Assembly: GCA_042571445.1 (NCBI GenBank)
Contig: JBHPFT010000002.1
Location: 1 to 32,745 of the forward strand
Source of the DNA: Patescibacteria group bacterium
GTDB taxonomy: Bacteria > Patescibacteriota > WWE3 > UBA101185 > UBA10185
DNA: 32,745 nt
Reading direction: 5' to 3'
Shown here: piece after piece, positions 22,725 to 32,595 of the stretch
Layout: the number at the start of each line of letters is the position of its first letter
How positions within the stretch are numbered: the stretch's first letter is position 1
Made by a program: the position numbers and the translations under genes
The notes under the pieces: model-generated
What the model was told of the DNA's origin: nothing
The model's input: the letters and a program-made list of their open reading frames with translations, nothing else
Database searches by the model: none

Positions 22725-23216
22725 ATAATAAACCATCAGATAAAAGCTAGTGAGGTACGAGTAATTACTTCAGAAGGTGAAAACCTTGGGGTAATGAAAA
22801 CTCATGAAGCAATAAAAGAAGCACAAAATAGAGATAGAGATTTGCTTCTAGTAGTACCAAACGCTAATCCTCCTGTAGCAAAGATTGTTGAATTTTCTAA
22901 GTTTTTATATGAAGAAAGAAAGAAACAGTCTAGTGCTAAGGTAAAGAGTAAAAAGATTGATATAAAAGAGTTCAGAATGGGACCAACGACAGGGCAAGGA
23001 GATATTGATAGGTTTATTTATAGAGGAAGAGGATTCTTAGAAGAAGGAAACAAGGTAAAGATAACAGTTAAGATGAGGGGGCGCCAACAAATGCATCCTG
23101 AGGTTGCTTTTGACAAGGTAAAAATATTTGAGAAAGGTTATGGAGATATAGCTAAGCTTGAAGCAGCGCCTAAAAGAGTAGGCAATATGGTTTGGGCTAT
23201 GTTTTCACCAAAGTAA
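22725..23216 (+). CDS. infC: Translation initiation factor IF-3 with a non-canonical start codon (start position provisional)
   Basis: The first ATG (22794) truncates the conserved N-domain. The frame is open from 22668 and encodes ...IINHQIKASEVRVITSEGENLGVM..., matching the IF-3 consensus (INxxIRxxEVRLI...G.QLGV). No in-frame ATG, GTG or TTG lies upstream. ATA codons occur at 22725 and 22728. Confidence 0.75.
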   Translation: MINHQIKASEVRVITSEGENLGVMKTHEAIKEAQNRDRDLLLVVPNANPPVAKIVEFSKFLYEERKKQSSAKVKSKKIDIKEFRMGPTTGQGDIDRFIYRGRGFLEEGNKVKITVKMRGRQQMHPEVAFDKVKIFEKGYGDIAKLEAAPKRVGNMVWAMFSPK

Positions 23217-23217
23217 T

Positions 23218-23436
23218 ATGGCAAATAAGAAACTAAAAACTAAAAAGACACTCTTGAAAAGAGTAAAGATAACAAAAAATGGAAAACTTGTTAAAAAACA
23301 GGTTAGAATGGGTCACCTAAAAGAAAAGAAAAGTGGTCCAAATAAAACAAGAAAGTCAAAAAGACTAATCCAAGAGAATAAAGGACACAAAAAAATATTT
23401 AAAAGTATGCTTGGAAAGCATGGAAAGAATATCTAA
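23218..23436 (+). CDS. rpmI: 50S ribosomal protein L35
   Basis: 72 aa, very basic. KTKKTLLKRVKITKNGKLVKKQVRMGHL matches L35. Position infC-rpmI-rplT. Confidence 0.88.
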   Translation: MANKKLKTKKTLLKRVKITKNGKLVKKQVRMGHLKEKKSGPNKTRKSKRLIQENKGHKKIFKSMLGKHGKNI

Positions 23437-23438
23437 CT

Positions 23439-23792
23439 ATGCCAAGAGTAAAAGGAGGGCCAAGAGCCCATTTAAGACATAAAAAGGTAATAAAACTTGC
23501 AAAAGGTTATAGAGGATCTAGATCTAAACTGTATAAAAGAGCAAGGGAAGCAACAATCAGAGCAGGAGAACATGCTTTTGCAGGAAGAAAACTAAGAAAG
23601 AGAGATATGAGAAGACTTTGGATTAAAAGAATAAATGCAGCACTAACTCCTTATGAGATCTCATACTCTAGATTTATGCCAGCACTAAAAAAGGCAAAAA
23701 TAGATCTAAATAGAAAAATGCTATCAGAAATAGCACTCAATGACCCCGAAGGTTTCAAAGAAATCGTTGAAAAGTTAAAGAAAAGCCTTTAA
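23439..23792 (+). CDS. rplT: 50S ribosomal protein L20
   Basis: 117 aa. MPRVKGGPRAHLRHKKVIKLAKGYRGSRSKLYKRA... and RRLWIKRINAA are canonical L20. Confidence 0.93.
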   Translation: MPRVKGGPRAHLRHKKVIKLAKGYRGSRSKLYKRAREATIRAGEHAFAGRKLRKRDMRRLWIKRINAALTPYEISYSRFMPALKKAKIDLNRKMLSEIALNDPEGFKEIVEKLKKSL

Positions 23793-23825
23793 TTTCGCCT
23801 AAAAAAACACTAATATTTAATCCAT

Positions 23826-25658
23826 ATGTCTGAAAAGGATACTAATAAGACGGATGATTATCAAAGAGTAGGATTTAGAGAAACCTTGAAAATAGGGGCA
23901 TGGACTTTTTCTTTGTTTTATAAAAACCACCCTAACGCCACAATTTTTTATCTCATCGGATATGTTCTTAGCCAAGTATCAAGTATTGCTTATGCGTACA
24001 TTTTTGCTCGTATTATTGACTCAATAATAAATTCAATATCAAATGAGGCATCAGTTATTACAAGTTTATACCCCTATTTAATAGCCTTACTAGCAATAAA
24101 TTTAGCCGAGGACCTAATACATCTTGTAAGAAATAAGTCACGAACAATCCTATCAAACAATAGCAGAACGTTTTTAAGAAGAGAGCTTTATAACAAACTA
24201 AGGCATTTAGGAATACAAACATTAGAAATGCCCGAGACTGCAAACAAGGTAACAAGAGCAAATGATCATTTCTATACTATTAGGTTTTTTCTTGAAAACA
24301 TAGTAGATACTGCAGCAGGGGCTACCAGAGTACTTATATCTGCAGGTTTAATTATTAAATTTATGCCGCAGTTAGGCTTACTAATTGTAGTAGCTAGTAT
24401 TCCATATTTGGCAGTCGATAGAATATACAGGAAAAAAATGTATAGATTCGGCTATGAAAACACAGAAATTAGTAGAAAAATGTCCTCAATTGGGTGGACT
24501 TTGTCCGATACAAACTTCTTACAGGAAATTATAACTACATCGTCTTTTGGATTTCTGGACAAACTATTCACGGACTTTAGGAAATGGTATGCAAACATGC
24601 AAATAGGCATTATAAACTCGTGGATTAACTGGGAAAGTTTTTTTGGACTTTTTAGATCTTTCCTTATCTTATTTGGATATCTAAAAATAATACAGAAAGC
24701 TTTAATCAAAGCTATTAGTATTGGTGATGTATCTTTCCTATTTAGAGCTGTGGACATATTTGAGGGGGGTATAAATAGAACAATACGAAGCATAAATGAT
24801 CTAACTGAGCAAGCAGTAAGACTAAAGGATATATACTCACTTTTTATGTTAGAACCAAAGTATGTGCCTGGGAATATAAAACTAGATGACTTAGATATAG
24901 GACCAAGAATTAGATTCTCTGATGTAAGTTTTAAATATCCCTCATCTAAAAAATATGTGATAAAGGATCTAAATTTGAATATAGAAAGTGGAGAAAAACT
25001 TGCTATAGTTGGGCCTAATGGAGCTGGAAAAACAACCCTAGTTAAACTAATAAGTAGATTCTACCCTGTAAATAAGGGTAAGCTCATAATTAATGATACT
25101 GATATTAATGACATAGAGTCAGGCTCTCTTTACAAAAACATGGGGACTCTTTTCCAGGATTTTAATACATACTCAAATTTAAGTGTTAAACAGAACATAT
25201 GTATAGGTCTTCCTAATGAAAAGCCTGATGAAGTAAGAATGAGACTAGCAGCACAAACAGCTGATGCCTCAGAGTTTATAGAAGAGTATCCTGAGAAGTT
25301 CGAGCAGATCCTAAGTGAAAGGTACAAAGGAGGAATAAAACCAAGCACAGGTCAGTGGCAAAAGATAGCTCTTGCTAGATTCTTTTACAGAAACGCACCC
25401 TTAGTAATATTTGACGAACCTACTGCAGCAATTGATGCTGTTTCTGAATACAACATATTTAGCAAAATCTACGAGTTCTTTGAAGGAAAAACTGTAATCA
25501 TTATTTCCCACCGTTACTCGACAGTTAGAAATGCTGACAGAATCATAGTCTTGGAAAAAGGACAGATCGTAGAGGAAGGGACACACGAACACTTAATGAG
25601 TCTTGATGGAAAGTATGCAGAAGGGTTCAGACTTCAAGCAGAAGGATATACTGATTAG
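23826..25658 (+). CDS. ABC exporter, fused permease/ATPase (MsbA-like half transporter)
   Basis: 610 aa. N-terminal six-helix TMD. Walker A GPNGAGKTTL, Q-loop, signature variant STGQWQK, Walker B LVIFDEPTAAID, H-loop ISHR. Confidence 0.88.
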   Translation: MSEKDTNKTDDYQRVGFRETLKIGAWTFSLFYKNHPNATIFYLIGYVLSQVSSIAYAYIFARIIDSIINSISNEASVITSLYPYLIALLAINLAEDLIHLVRNKSRTILSNNSRTFLRRELYNKLRHLGIQTLEMPETANKVTRANDHFYTIRFFLENIVDTAAGATRVLISAGLIIKFMPQLGLLIVVASIPYLAVDRIYRKKMYRFGYENTEISRKMSSIGWTLSDTNFLQEIITTSSFGFLDKLFTDFRKWYANMQIGIINSWINWESFFGLFRSFLILFGYLKIIQKALIKAISIGDVSFLFRAVDIFEGGINRTIRSINDLTEQAVRLKDIYSLFMLEPKYVPGNIKLDDLDIGPRIRFSDVSFKYPSSKKYVIKDLNLNIESGEKLAIVGPNGAGKTTLVKLISRFYPVNKGKLIINDTDINDIESGSLYKNMGTLFQDFNTYSNLSVKQNICIGLPNEKPDEVRMRLAAQTADASEFIEEYPEKFEQILSERYKGGIKPSTGQWQKIALARFFYRNAPLVIFDEPTAAIDAVSEYNIFSKIYEFFEGKTVIIISHRYSTVRNADRIIVLEKGQIVEEGTHEHLMSLDGKYAEGFRLQAEGYTD

Positions 25659-27523
25659 ACCTTTAACTTAACTCCTAATGGAGTAAGTCTTTCAAATATC
25701 TTTTCTCTAATTTCTTGAGTATCTTCTGATGATATCTGTCTGTCTTTAGATAGGAACTCAATAGAGAAGGTAAGTGCATTATTATAAATATCCTTAAAAG
25801 ATACTTTCAGTATCCTTTCATCAGTACCTTCTATCTTTTCTTCAATTTCTTGATAAGTTACTCCTTCTGGAACTTCAAATGTTAAATCTTCCTTTATTGA
25901 ATTAAAACTAGTTAGTGGTATATATGTTTTTGATTTAGTAGCTTTATCAGAAAACTTCTCAAAATCTATCTCCACACCTAACTTATCACCTCCAAATTCT
26001 CTAATCTCAAACTCTCCATAATCCCTGATTCCAGTTTGTTCAAATAAACTCTCAACAATACCTTTTATCTCAGGAACATCAATTCCTCTTGTAGCAATGC
26101 CCAGTCGTAAAGGTTGTTTTGGTAAATCGCTATTGTTTGGAAGATAGACACTAGCAAGTTCAAATACTTTAATTTTCTCACTGTAGCCCTTGTTCTTATC
26201 TAAAACTTCTAAAAGTTGTGGGAGTAGAGAAGTCTTAAGATGAGAAAGATCCTCACTTAATGGATTAATCAAACCTATTGCATCAACTCCCGCAAGTTCT
26301 TCTGTAGTTGTAGAAGTGGTGTAGCATTCAAAGAACCCTTGATATTTTAGATATTCTTTAGCAAATCTCTCCCAATAAAAAACTGTATCTTCTTTTCTTT
26401 GAGGAATCTCCCCATCAGGAAGTCTATTTGGTAGATCGTAGTATCCAAATATTCTAATTACTTCTTCTGCAAGATCTTCGGTGATTTCAATGTCGTCATA
26501 TCTCCATGATGGAACTTTAACCAGACCAGTTTTTATCTCAAAACCCAAATCTGTAAGTGTAGAATCTACAACAGACTTATCAAGATCAATTCCAGCTACC
26601 TCATTTATTCTTTCGTAATCAATAGGAATCTCTTTTTCTGGAAGATTAACATTAACAATATCTATGAGTTCTGAAGAAACCGTAGCATCTGCATACTCCT
26701 CAAGAAAATCTACTGCTTCCCAAAGTGAAGAAACAACTCCCTCAGAATCTATTCCTTTTTCAAACCTTAACGCTGCGTCAGTTCTATGCCCAAGAGTCAT
26801 ACTAGCTTTTCTAATTCTTACTGGGTCATAAACTTGAACAAAGAGAAGCACTTTCTTTGTATCTTCAGTCACCTCACTATTCTGAGCTCCCATTATTCCA
26901 CAAAGATCAATGAGTCTTCCTTCACCGTCCTCAATAACAATAACTCCCTCTGGTAGTTTTCTAATAATTCCATCCAAAGTTGTTATCTCCTCACCATCTT
27001 TTGACTTCCTAACAATCATCTTAGAACCTTTGATTTTGTCGTAATCAAAAGCATGCATAGGCTGGCCCCTATCTATCATCATATAGTTTGTGATATCAAT
27101 AACATTACCAAGTGGTCTAATTCCAACCTTTTCTAACCTCTCTTGGATAATCTTAGGAGATTCTTTAACAGAAACGTTCTCTAACACAACAGCACTAAAC
27201 CTAGGAACTAAGTCTTTATCTTTTATAATAACTTTAAGCTTATCCTTTCCCTCAGTGGTTCTTGGTCCAACTTTCTTATCAATAAACTGTACTTTGTGTC
27301 CTTTTCTCTTTAAAGCTGCATAAACCTCCCTTGCAACACCTAAAACAGACAAAGCATCGCCTCTATTTGGGGTAATTTCTATCTCAAATATATGATCCCC
27401 ACCTTGTTTTTCTACCTTTTCTACACTAAAGGCATGCAAAGATAGGGCTTCTGCAATCTCTTCAGGCTTTGCGTTTGTCTTAATATATTCTTTTATCCAA
27501 CTTAAAGGTATAAGTATATTCAT
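25655..27523 (-). CDS. pheT: Phenylalanine--tRNA ligase beta subunit, short form lacking the OB tRNA-binding (B2) domain
   Basis: 622 aa. The N-terminus LSWIKEY...SVEKVE runs straight into EIEITPNRGDALSVLGVAREV. B3/4, B5 and a C-terminal FDX-ACB-like domain are present. Start overlaps the pheS stop. Confidence 0.88.
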   Translation of the reverse strand: MNILIPLSWIKEYIKTNAKPEEIAEALSLHAFSVEKVEKQGGDHIFEIEITPNRGDALSVLGVAREVYAALKRKGHKVQFIDKKVGPRTTEGKDKLKVIIKDKDLVPRFSAVVLENVSVKESPKIIQERLEKVGIRPLGNVIDITNYMMIDRGQPMHAFDYDKIKGSKMIVRKSKDGEEITTLDGIIRKLPEGVIVIEDGEGRLIDLCGIMGAQNSEVTEDTKKVLLFVQVYDPVRIRKASMTLGHRTDAALRFEKGIDSEGVVSSLWEAVDFLEEYADATVSSELIDIVNVNLPEKEIPIDYERINEVAGIDLDKSVVDSTLTDLGFEIKTGLVKVPSWRYDDIEITEDLAEEVIRIFGYYDLPNRLPDGEIPQRKEDTVFYWERFAKEYLKYQGFFECYTTSTTTEELAGVDAIGLINPLSEDLSHLKTSLLPQLLEVLDKNKGYSEKIKVFELASVYLPNNSDLPKQPLRLGIATRGIDVPEIKGIVESLFEQTGIRDYGEFEIREFGGDKLGVEIDFEKFSDKATKSKTYIPLTSFNSIKEDLTFEVPEGVTYQEIEEKIEGTDERILKVSFKDIYNNALTFSIEFLSKDRQISSEDTQEIREKIFERLTPLGVKLKV

Positions 27524-28557
27524 TAAAATTGCTCCAAAAACCTCAAATCATTATTAAAAAGGTATCTAATATCATCAATCTGTGTACCTGACTTCATCAT
27601 GTATGTTCGCTCCACACCCCAACCAAAAGCAAATCCAGTGTATTCTTCTGGATTAATACCCCCAGCTTTTAACACGTTAGGATGAACCATTCCCGCACCA
27701 CCAAGTTCAAGCCAGCCACCTTTGCAAAACCTGCAACCTTCGCCTAAACAGAGCCCACAGTTAATGTCTACCTCAAAACTTGGCTCAGTAAATCTAAAAT
27801 CATAAGGTCTAAGTCTAGTTTCTCTTCCTTCTCCAAAGAAATTTCTAGCAAAATAGTCTAAAACTCCTTTCAGATGAGTAATACTAATATTCTTATCTAT
27901 AACAAGGCCCTCAAACTGATAAAAGGTAGGTACATGGGCCACATCAATCTGCCTTCTACCACATCTAGAAATGTTTAACATTCTAATAGGCAAATTTCCT
28001 TCCAACATCTCGCGTATCTGACCATTTGACGTATGTGGAGTAATTACAGCTTTTCCATACTTCTTATCTTCAGGAATATCTATAAAAAAGGTCTCCCATT
28101 CATCACGAGCTGGATGATCTTTATGCATATTTAATGCCTCAAAAGCATAGTAATCCCACTCAACTTCAGGGTATCGAACTCTTGTAAATCCAAGAGGTTT
28201 GAAAATGTTGACAATTTCTTCAATAGCTTGAGAAATTATGTGAGTATGTCCAATTTCAGGTCTTTTACCTGGCAAAGATTTATATAACTCATCATATTTA
28301 CTAACTTTCTTCCCAGATAACTCACTTTCCATGCTATTAAAGTCCTTCTCAATATCAGTTTTAAGTTTGTTTAGCTTTACACCAAACTCTTTCTTTTGAT
28401 CAGAAGATAAACTCTTTAATTCGTCAATCCAAGCCTTAAACTTTCCTTTTTTACCCAAATACTCAACTCTAAGTGCTAAAAAATCATGAATATCCTTAAC
28501 TTGATCAAGTTTCTCATCAATTTCTTGTTTAATTTTATCTACGTCTAAACTATCCAT
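27523..28557 (-). CDS. pheS: Phenylalanine--tRNA ligase alpha subunit
   Basis: 344 aa from ATG 28557 (MDSLDVDKIKQEI...); the ORF-track TTG at 28611 is less likely. Class II motifs: HPARDEWETFF, FRFTEPSFEVD, GAGMVHPNVL, GFAFGWGVERT. Confidence 0.9.
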   Translation of the reverse strand: MDSLDVDKIKQEIDEKLDQVKDIHDFLALRVEYLGKKGKFKAWIDELKSLSSDQKKEFGVKLNKLKTDIEKDFNSMESELSGKKVSKYDELYKSLPGKRPEIGHTHIISQAIEEIVNIFKPLGFTRVRYPEVEWDYYAFEALNMHKDHPARDEWETFFIDIPEDKKYGKAVITPHTSNGQIREMLEGNLPIRMLNISRCGRRQIDVAHVPTFYQFEGLVIDKNISITHLKGVLDYFARNFFGEGRETRLRPYDFRFTEPSFEVDINCGLCLGEGCRFCKGGWLELGGAGMVHPNVLKAGGINPEEYTGFAFGWGVERTYMMKSGTQIDDIRYLFNNDLRFLEQF

Positions 28558-28603
28558 ATAACTATTATTAAATATGACAGGGAAGGGAAATTTTATCAAG
28601 CGT

Positions 28604-28642
28604 AAAAGCAAAAAGTCCTTGCGTAAGCAATAAGCAAGGACT
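28604..28642 (-). terminator. Rho-independent terminator after ORF 28663-29094
   Basis: Minus strand reads AGTCCTTGC - 11-nt loop - GCAAGGACT, followed by TTTTGCTTTT. Confidence 0.65.
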
Positions 28643-28662
28643 TATAAATCTCAATCTCCTAT

Positions 28663-29094
28663 TTATACTTGGAATTTTACTATCTTCATACGGAACTGCC
28701 TAAGAACGTCCACATCGAATGAAGTCCCATGTTTTGTGGCAAGATCTTTGTGACGAATAACTGTATTGGGCCTTAAAATAATGGCATCTCCATCTTCGAT
28801 CTTAATTTCCTTCATCCTGACCCACTCAGGATCTTTGTCGGTAGTAAAACGTTTGGCATCAAATTTTCTCATCTCCTCTGCTTCTTCATCCGTAGCAACA
28901 AGCACAATATTTGTATTCCAATCCTCTGCATCTAAGGAACATACTTTCTTATATAAGGATATGGTCGCAACTACTTCTGAAGAAACCCCTTCCCCGCCTA
29001 CTAACTTTATAAAATGGCATATGCCATTGTCCTCACACAAAAACTCACAGAATCTAGGATAAATAAAAGTAACATTAACTGTTTTCTTTTTCAT
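28663..29094 (-). CDS. Hypothetical protein (143 aa)
   Basis: ATG with an AAAGG RBS-like element. Has its own terminator. No recognisable motif. N-terminal Cys cluster CEFLCEDNGIC. Confidence 0.5.
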   Translation of the reverse strand: MKKKTVNVTFIYPRFCEFLCEDNGICHFIKLVGGEGVSSEVVATISLYKKVCSLDAEDWNTNIVLVATDEEAEEMRKFDAKRFTTDKDPEWVRMKEIKIEDGDAIILRPNTVIRHKDLATKHGTSFDVDVLRQFRMKIVKFQV

Positions 29095-29168
29095 CTCAAC
29101 CTTTCTTGGTTCTATATTAGTTGTTAGGTTAGAATACTACCAAATAGGATATTGGTTAGCAAATAAAG

Positions 29169-31874
29169 CTAGTATAAGACGTAGCCTACAACCTCAAATG
29201 TCTCTTTAGTCTCACCTTTATTACCATCGTCATCTTCTGCCTCTACTTTAAACTCATGTTTACCAATTTTATCTACGGAAAGCTCAAAATTATATCCGTA
29301 GGGTTTATTTTTATCTTCTGCTACCTTATCTCCATCCATATATATCTTTATCTTTTCAATATCATGATATGCAGATACCTCCACATTAAGTCTAAAATCA
29401 AGAGGAACCCTATCACCATTATTTAAAGCTACTATTTCCACATGAACATCATCTTTATTTGAAACACTATCTCCATCAAATTCAAGTTTTGATGTCATTA
29501 GGGGTGGGAAGTATTCTTCTTTATCGTTATAGTTTTCCTTTATCCATGAATCTACTGCAGTTTGCCACTCTGGAATATTTGCAGTGACTCTAATAAAATC
29601 ACTAACTTCTGTCTCATCTGCATCTCTACACTCTTCGTTTGTCCTTCTTCCATCAATCTTGCACACCTCAATTCTTTGATACCAATTACTAACAGAAGTT
29701 GGCTGTGTTCCTTTAATAAACCACTCAGGTCTCGTATCAAAATCTCCATAAGGAAGACCTCCTGTTGATTTATCTACTATTATCTTTTCAACATTCTCTG
29801 GAGGTTCAAACTTTTCTGGTTCTTTGTCTGAAAGATATTCTTTCATAAATGCATTCCATATTGGAGAAGCGCCAGAAATACCTGATGCGATGTATGGGTT
29901 CATAGCATCATTATTATTGTTTCCAACCCATACTCCAGCCACAACATATGGGGTAAAGCCAATAGTGTAGTTATCTCTTTTGTCATCTGTAGTTCCAGTC
30001 TTTACTGCTACCTGATGGCCAGGAATATTAAGTAAACTTCCAAATCCAAATACCTCGGCTCTTGCTCCATCATCGGATAAAATATCTGAAATTAGAAACG
30101 CCACGTCCTCATCAAGAGCTTTTGTCTCTGAAACCTGTGGTTTATAAACTATCTCACCCTTAGAATCAGTAACCTCAATAATTGGAGTAGGGGATCTATA
30201 GAGTCCCTTTGCAGCAAAGACAGAAAAGGCTCCAGTAAGTTCAAGTAATTTCACCTCACCACCACCCAAGGTTAGTGCTAAACCATATCTGCTTCTATCC
30301 TTGAATGTGGTAATACCCATCTTTTCTGCTTGATCAATCATATTATCAATACCAACAATTTTTAGTACCTTGACAGCAGGAATATTTAAAGAGTTACCAA
30401 GACACTTTCTAACAGGTTGAATTCCTCTAAACTCACCATCATAGTTTTCTGGAATATATGGTTTGTCTGGTCTTGCACCTTCAAACTTAGTAGGTACATC
30501 AAGCACAGGCATTGCAGCAGTGTATCCCTGTGATAAAAGTGTTGCATATGTAATAGGCTTTATTGAAGAACCAGGTTGTCTTTCAGCAAGAGGAACATTT
30601 ACATAAGGATCAAACTTGCAACTTCCTTCACCAGTAGCTCCAGAAACACAATCTTCAGGTTCAGGATCTAAGTTATAGCCCTTTGATCCAACCATTGCTA
30701 GTATTCCACCAGTCTTTGGGTCTAGCACTACCATCGCTCCGTTATAAACATTTAAATATTGAGATTGTTGTATTTCTTCTGTAACAACCTCCTGAGCAAG
30801 TCTCTGAGTTTCTAAATCAAGAGTAGTTTTTACTCTCAACCCTCCCATTTCTACAGCCTCCTCACCTAAAAGATCAGCAAGATATTGTTTAACATAAAAA
30901 ACAAAATGAGGAGCCTCAAGAGGAACTTTAGCAGTATCAAAATCTAATTCTTCTTCTTTAGCAGATTCATAATCTTCATCACTTAAAAAGTACTTTTTCT
31001 TATCAGGCCCGTACCAACCCCTTTCATTCATTAGATATAAAACATAGTTTTTTCTCTCAATCCCAGCTTCAGGATTAGCTCCAAACTGAGAGTACCTTGA
31101 AGGACTCTGTGGAAGACCTGCGATATATGCAGATTCTGCAATACTTAGATCTTTAGGTTCTTTATTAAAGTAGGCTTTAGATGCAGAGTACACTCCGTAA
31201 TTCATTCCTCCATAGGGTGACTCATTTAAATACATCTGAAGTATTTCTTCTTTTGAATACCTAGACTCAAGTTGAAGAGATAAAATACCTTCTTTTATTT
31301 TTCTAATAATTGTTCTTTCTGAGGTTAATAGGGTATTTTTTATAGCTTGTTGAGTCAGTGTAGAACCACCCTGCACACCCTGACCTAGGATCATATTTCT
31401 AACAGCTCTAGCCATACCTCTTAAAGAAAATCCAGAGTGCAGATAAAACTCACTATCTTCAACAGCCAACGTTGCGTTAACAATATGAGAAGAAATATCA
31501 TCAAGTTTTACTAAGGTTCTATTCTTATCCCCAAATACCTCAAAGAGTAATTCATCGTTTCTATCATAGAAACGAGTAGAAAGCTCAAAGGTCCTTTCTA
31601 GAAGTTGATTTGGATTTGGAAGATCCCTAGCAAAAATAGCAAAGATTATGATAATAAATAGAAAGCCTCCCATCATTATGGTAAATACAAAAGAGGCAAT
31701 ATTAGTTCTTCTAACAAGTGCTGCTTTTCTATCTGAAACTGTTAGTTTTTTAGGTTTTCTTCTTCTCTTTTTAGGCAATGTTAAATTAAAATTACTAAGT
31801 CTTCTTTTAATTTTACGATAAAAAAGACGTATTTTTGATTGTTTTTGATAGTGTTGTGGCTCCAGATCTTGCAT
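29169..31874 (-). CDS. Class A penicillin-binding protein (PBP1A-type glycosyltransferase/transpeptidase) with C-terminal Ig-like domain
   Basis: GT51 motifs EDSEFYLHSGFS, GGSTLTQQ, RKIKE. Transpeptidase motifs SSIKP (SxxK), SLN (SxN), KTGTT. N-terminal TM anchor. C-terminal beta-rich segment (KHEFKVEAEDDDGNKGE). Start set to ATG 31874. Confidence 0.9.
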   Translation of the reverse strand: MQDLEPQHYQKQSKIRLFYRKIKRRLSNFNLTLPKKRRRKPKKLTVSDRKAALVRRTNIASFVFTIMMGGFLFIIIIFAIFARDLPNPNQLLERTFELSTRFYDRNDELLFEVFGDKNRTLVKLDDISSHIVNATLAVEDSEFYLHSGFSLRGMARAVRNMILGQGVQGGSTLTQQAIKNTLLTSERTIIRKIKEGILSLQLESRYSKEEILQMYLNESPYGGMNYGVYSASKAYFNKEPKDLSIAESAYIAGLPQSPSRYSQFGANPEAGIERKNYVLYLMNERGWYGPDKKKYFLSDEDYESAKEEELDFDTAKVPLEAPHFVFYVKQYLADLLGEEAVEMGGLRVKTTLDLETQRLAQEVVTEEIQQSQYLNVYNGAMVVLDPKTGGILAMVGSKGYNLDPEPEDCVSGATGEGSCKFDPYVNVPLAERQPGSSIKPITYATLLSQGYTAAMPVLDVPTKFEGARPDKPYIPENYDGEFRGIQPVRKCLGNSLNIPAVKVLKIVGIDNMIDQAEKMGITTFKDRSRYGLALTLGGGEVKLLELTGAFSVFAAKGLYRSPTPIIEVTDSKGEIVYKPQVSETKALDEDVAFLISDILSDDGARAEVFGFGSLLNIPGHQVAVKTGTTDDKRDNYTIGFTPYVVAGVWVGNNNNDAMNPYIASGISGASPIWNAFMKEYLSDKEPEKFEPPENVEKIIVDKSTGGLPYGDFDTRPEWFIKGTQPTSVSNWYQRIEVCKIDGRRTNEECRDADETEVSDFIRVTANIPEWQTAVDSWIKENYNDKEEYFPPLMTSKLEFDGDSVSNKDDVHVEIVALNNGDRVPLDFRLNVEVSAYHDIEKIKIYMDGDKVAEDKNKPYGYNFELSVDKIGKHEFKVEAEDDDGNKGETKETFEVVGYVLY

Positions 31875-31880
31875 CAACTT

Positions 31881-31889
31881 ATTATATCA
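31881..31889 (-). promoter_or_regulatory. Extended -10 promoter (TGaTATAAT) 6 nt upstream of the PBP ATG
   Basis: Minus strand reads TTGATATAAT-aagttg-ATG (ATG at 31874-31872). Confidence 0.45.
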
Positions 31890-31907
31890 AAACAAGTGAC
31901 GTACATA

Positions 31908-31937
31908 TTGACGACCTATAGGCGTTTGTTGTACAAT
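31908..31937 (+). promoter_or_regulatory. Sigma70-like promoter for the 31980-32581 cassette
   Basis: TTGACG (31908-31913), 18 nt, TACAAT (31932-31937). A 42-nt leader with GGAGAGGTG before ATG 31980. Confidence 0.5.
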
Positions 31938-31979
31938 TGGCAAACGTAAAAATCATCTAATAGAACTAGGAGAGGTGAA

Positions 31980-32312
31980 ATGAAATTTCCATTTGGACCG
32001 ATTTATGACTACCGTAATAAGTACAATGATTTGGGTGAAGTTTTTATTATGAGTAAGAACTTTAATAGCCCAAAAGATATTAACAAGAAAGTAGAAGTCA
32101 CAGTAAAAACATCTGGAAAGAGAGACTACTACGATGACAGTTGTACAGTAAACATCATTACAGATCCTGAAAATGAAGACTTATTCAAAGTCGAAAACTT
32201 CAGGCAAATCGAAAGTTGTAAAGCTGGGCACGGTTTAAAAATAGCTAAAAAAATTGAAGCAGCCCTAAACAGAGAAATTACACGACAAAGGAGAGAAAAT
32301 AAATGCACATAA
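31980..32312 (+). CDS. Hypothetical protein (110 aa)
   Basis: Strong RBS. Charged protein with a basic C-terminus (REITRQRRENK). No family recognised. Confidence 0.5.
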   Translation: MKFPFGPIYDYRNKYNDLGEVFIMSKNFNSPKDINKKVEVTVKTSGKRDYYDDSCTVNIITDPENEDLFKVENFRQIESCKAGHGLKIAKKIEAALNREITRQRRENKCT

Positions 32313-32581
32313 TAAAGGGCTTTATTGTCTTCAATGGAAACTACTTCCCAGCGAATATTAAATCTGTAACTAACTCGAGAACTAGGGATAAAAACATGAA
32401 CTGCTTACTAGTAGAGTCAAGGTTTGATTCCTCTGAATTGGGATGTGCCCTCCCTTGCATGAAGATATGGATTGGAGGACAGGAATTTTCCGTTGAAATC
32501 ATTAACATACAAGATCCAAACGGAAATCCTTGTTTTAGTTACACAGTGATACCATCTGAGAAACACTATAATAGGTTGTAA
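32303..32581 (+). CDS. Hypothetical protein (92 aa)
   Basis: Overlaps the upstream ORF by 10 nt. AAGGAGAG 7 nt before ATG 32303. No family recognised. Confidence 0.5.
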   Translation: MHIIKGFIVFNGNYFPANIKSVTNSRTRDKNMNCLLVESRFDSSELGCALPCMKIWIGGQEFSVEIINIQDPNGNPCFSYTVIPSEKHYNRL

Positions 32582-32595
32582 CTTCACTTTTTGGG

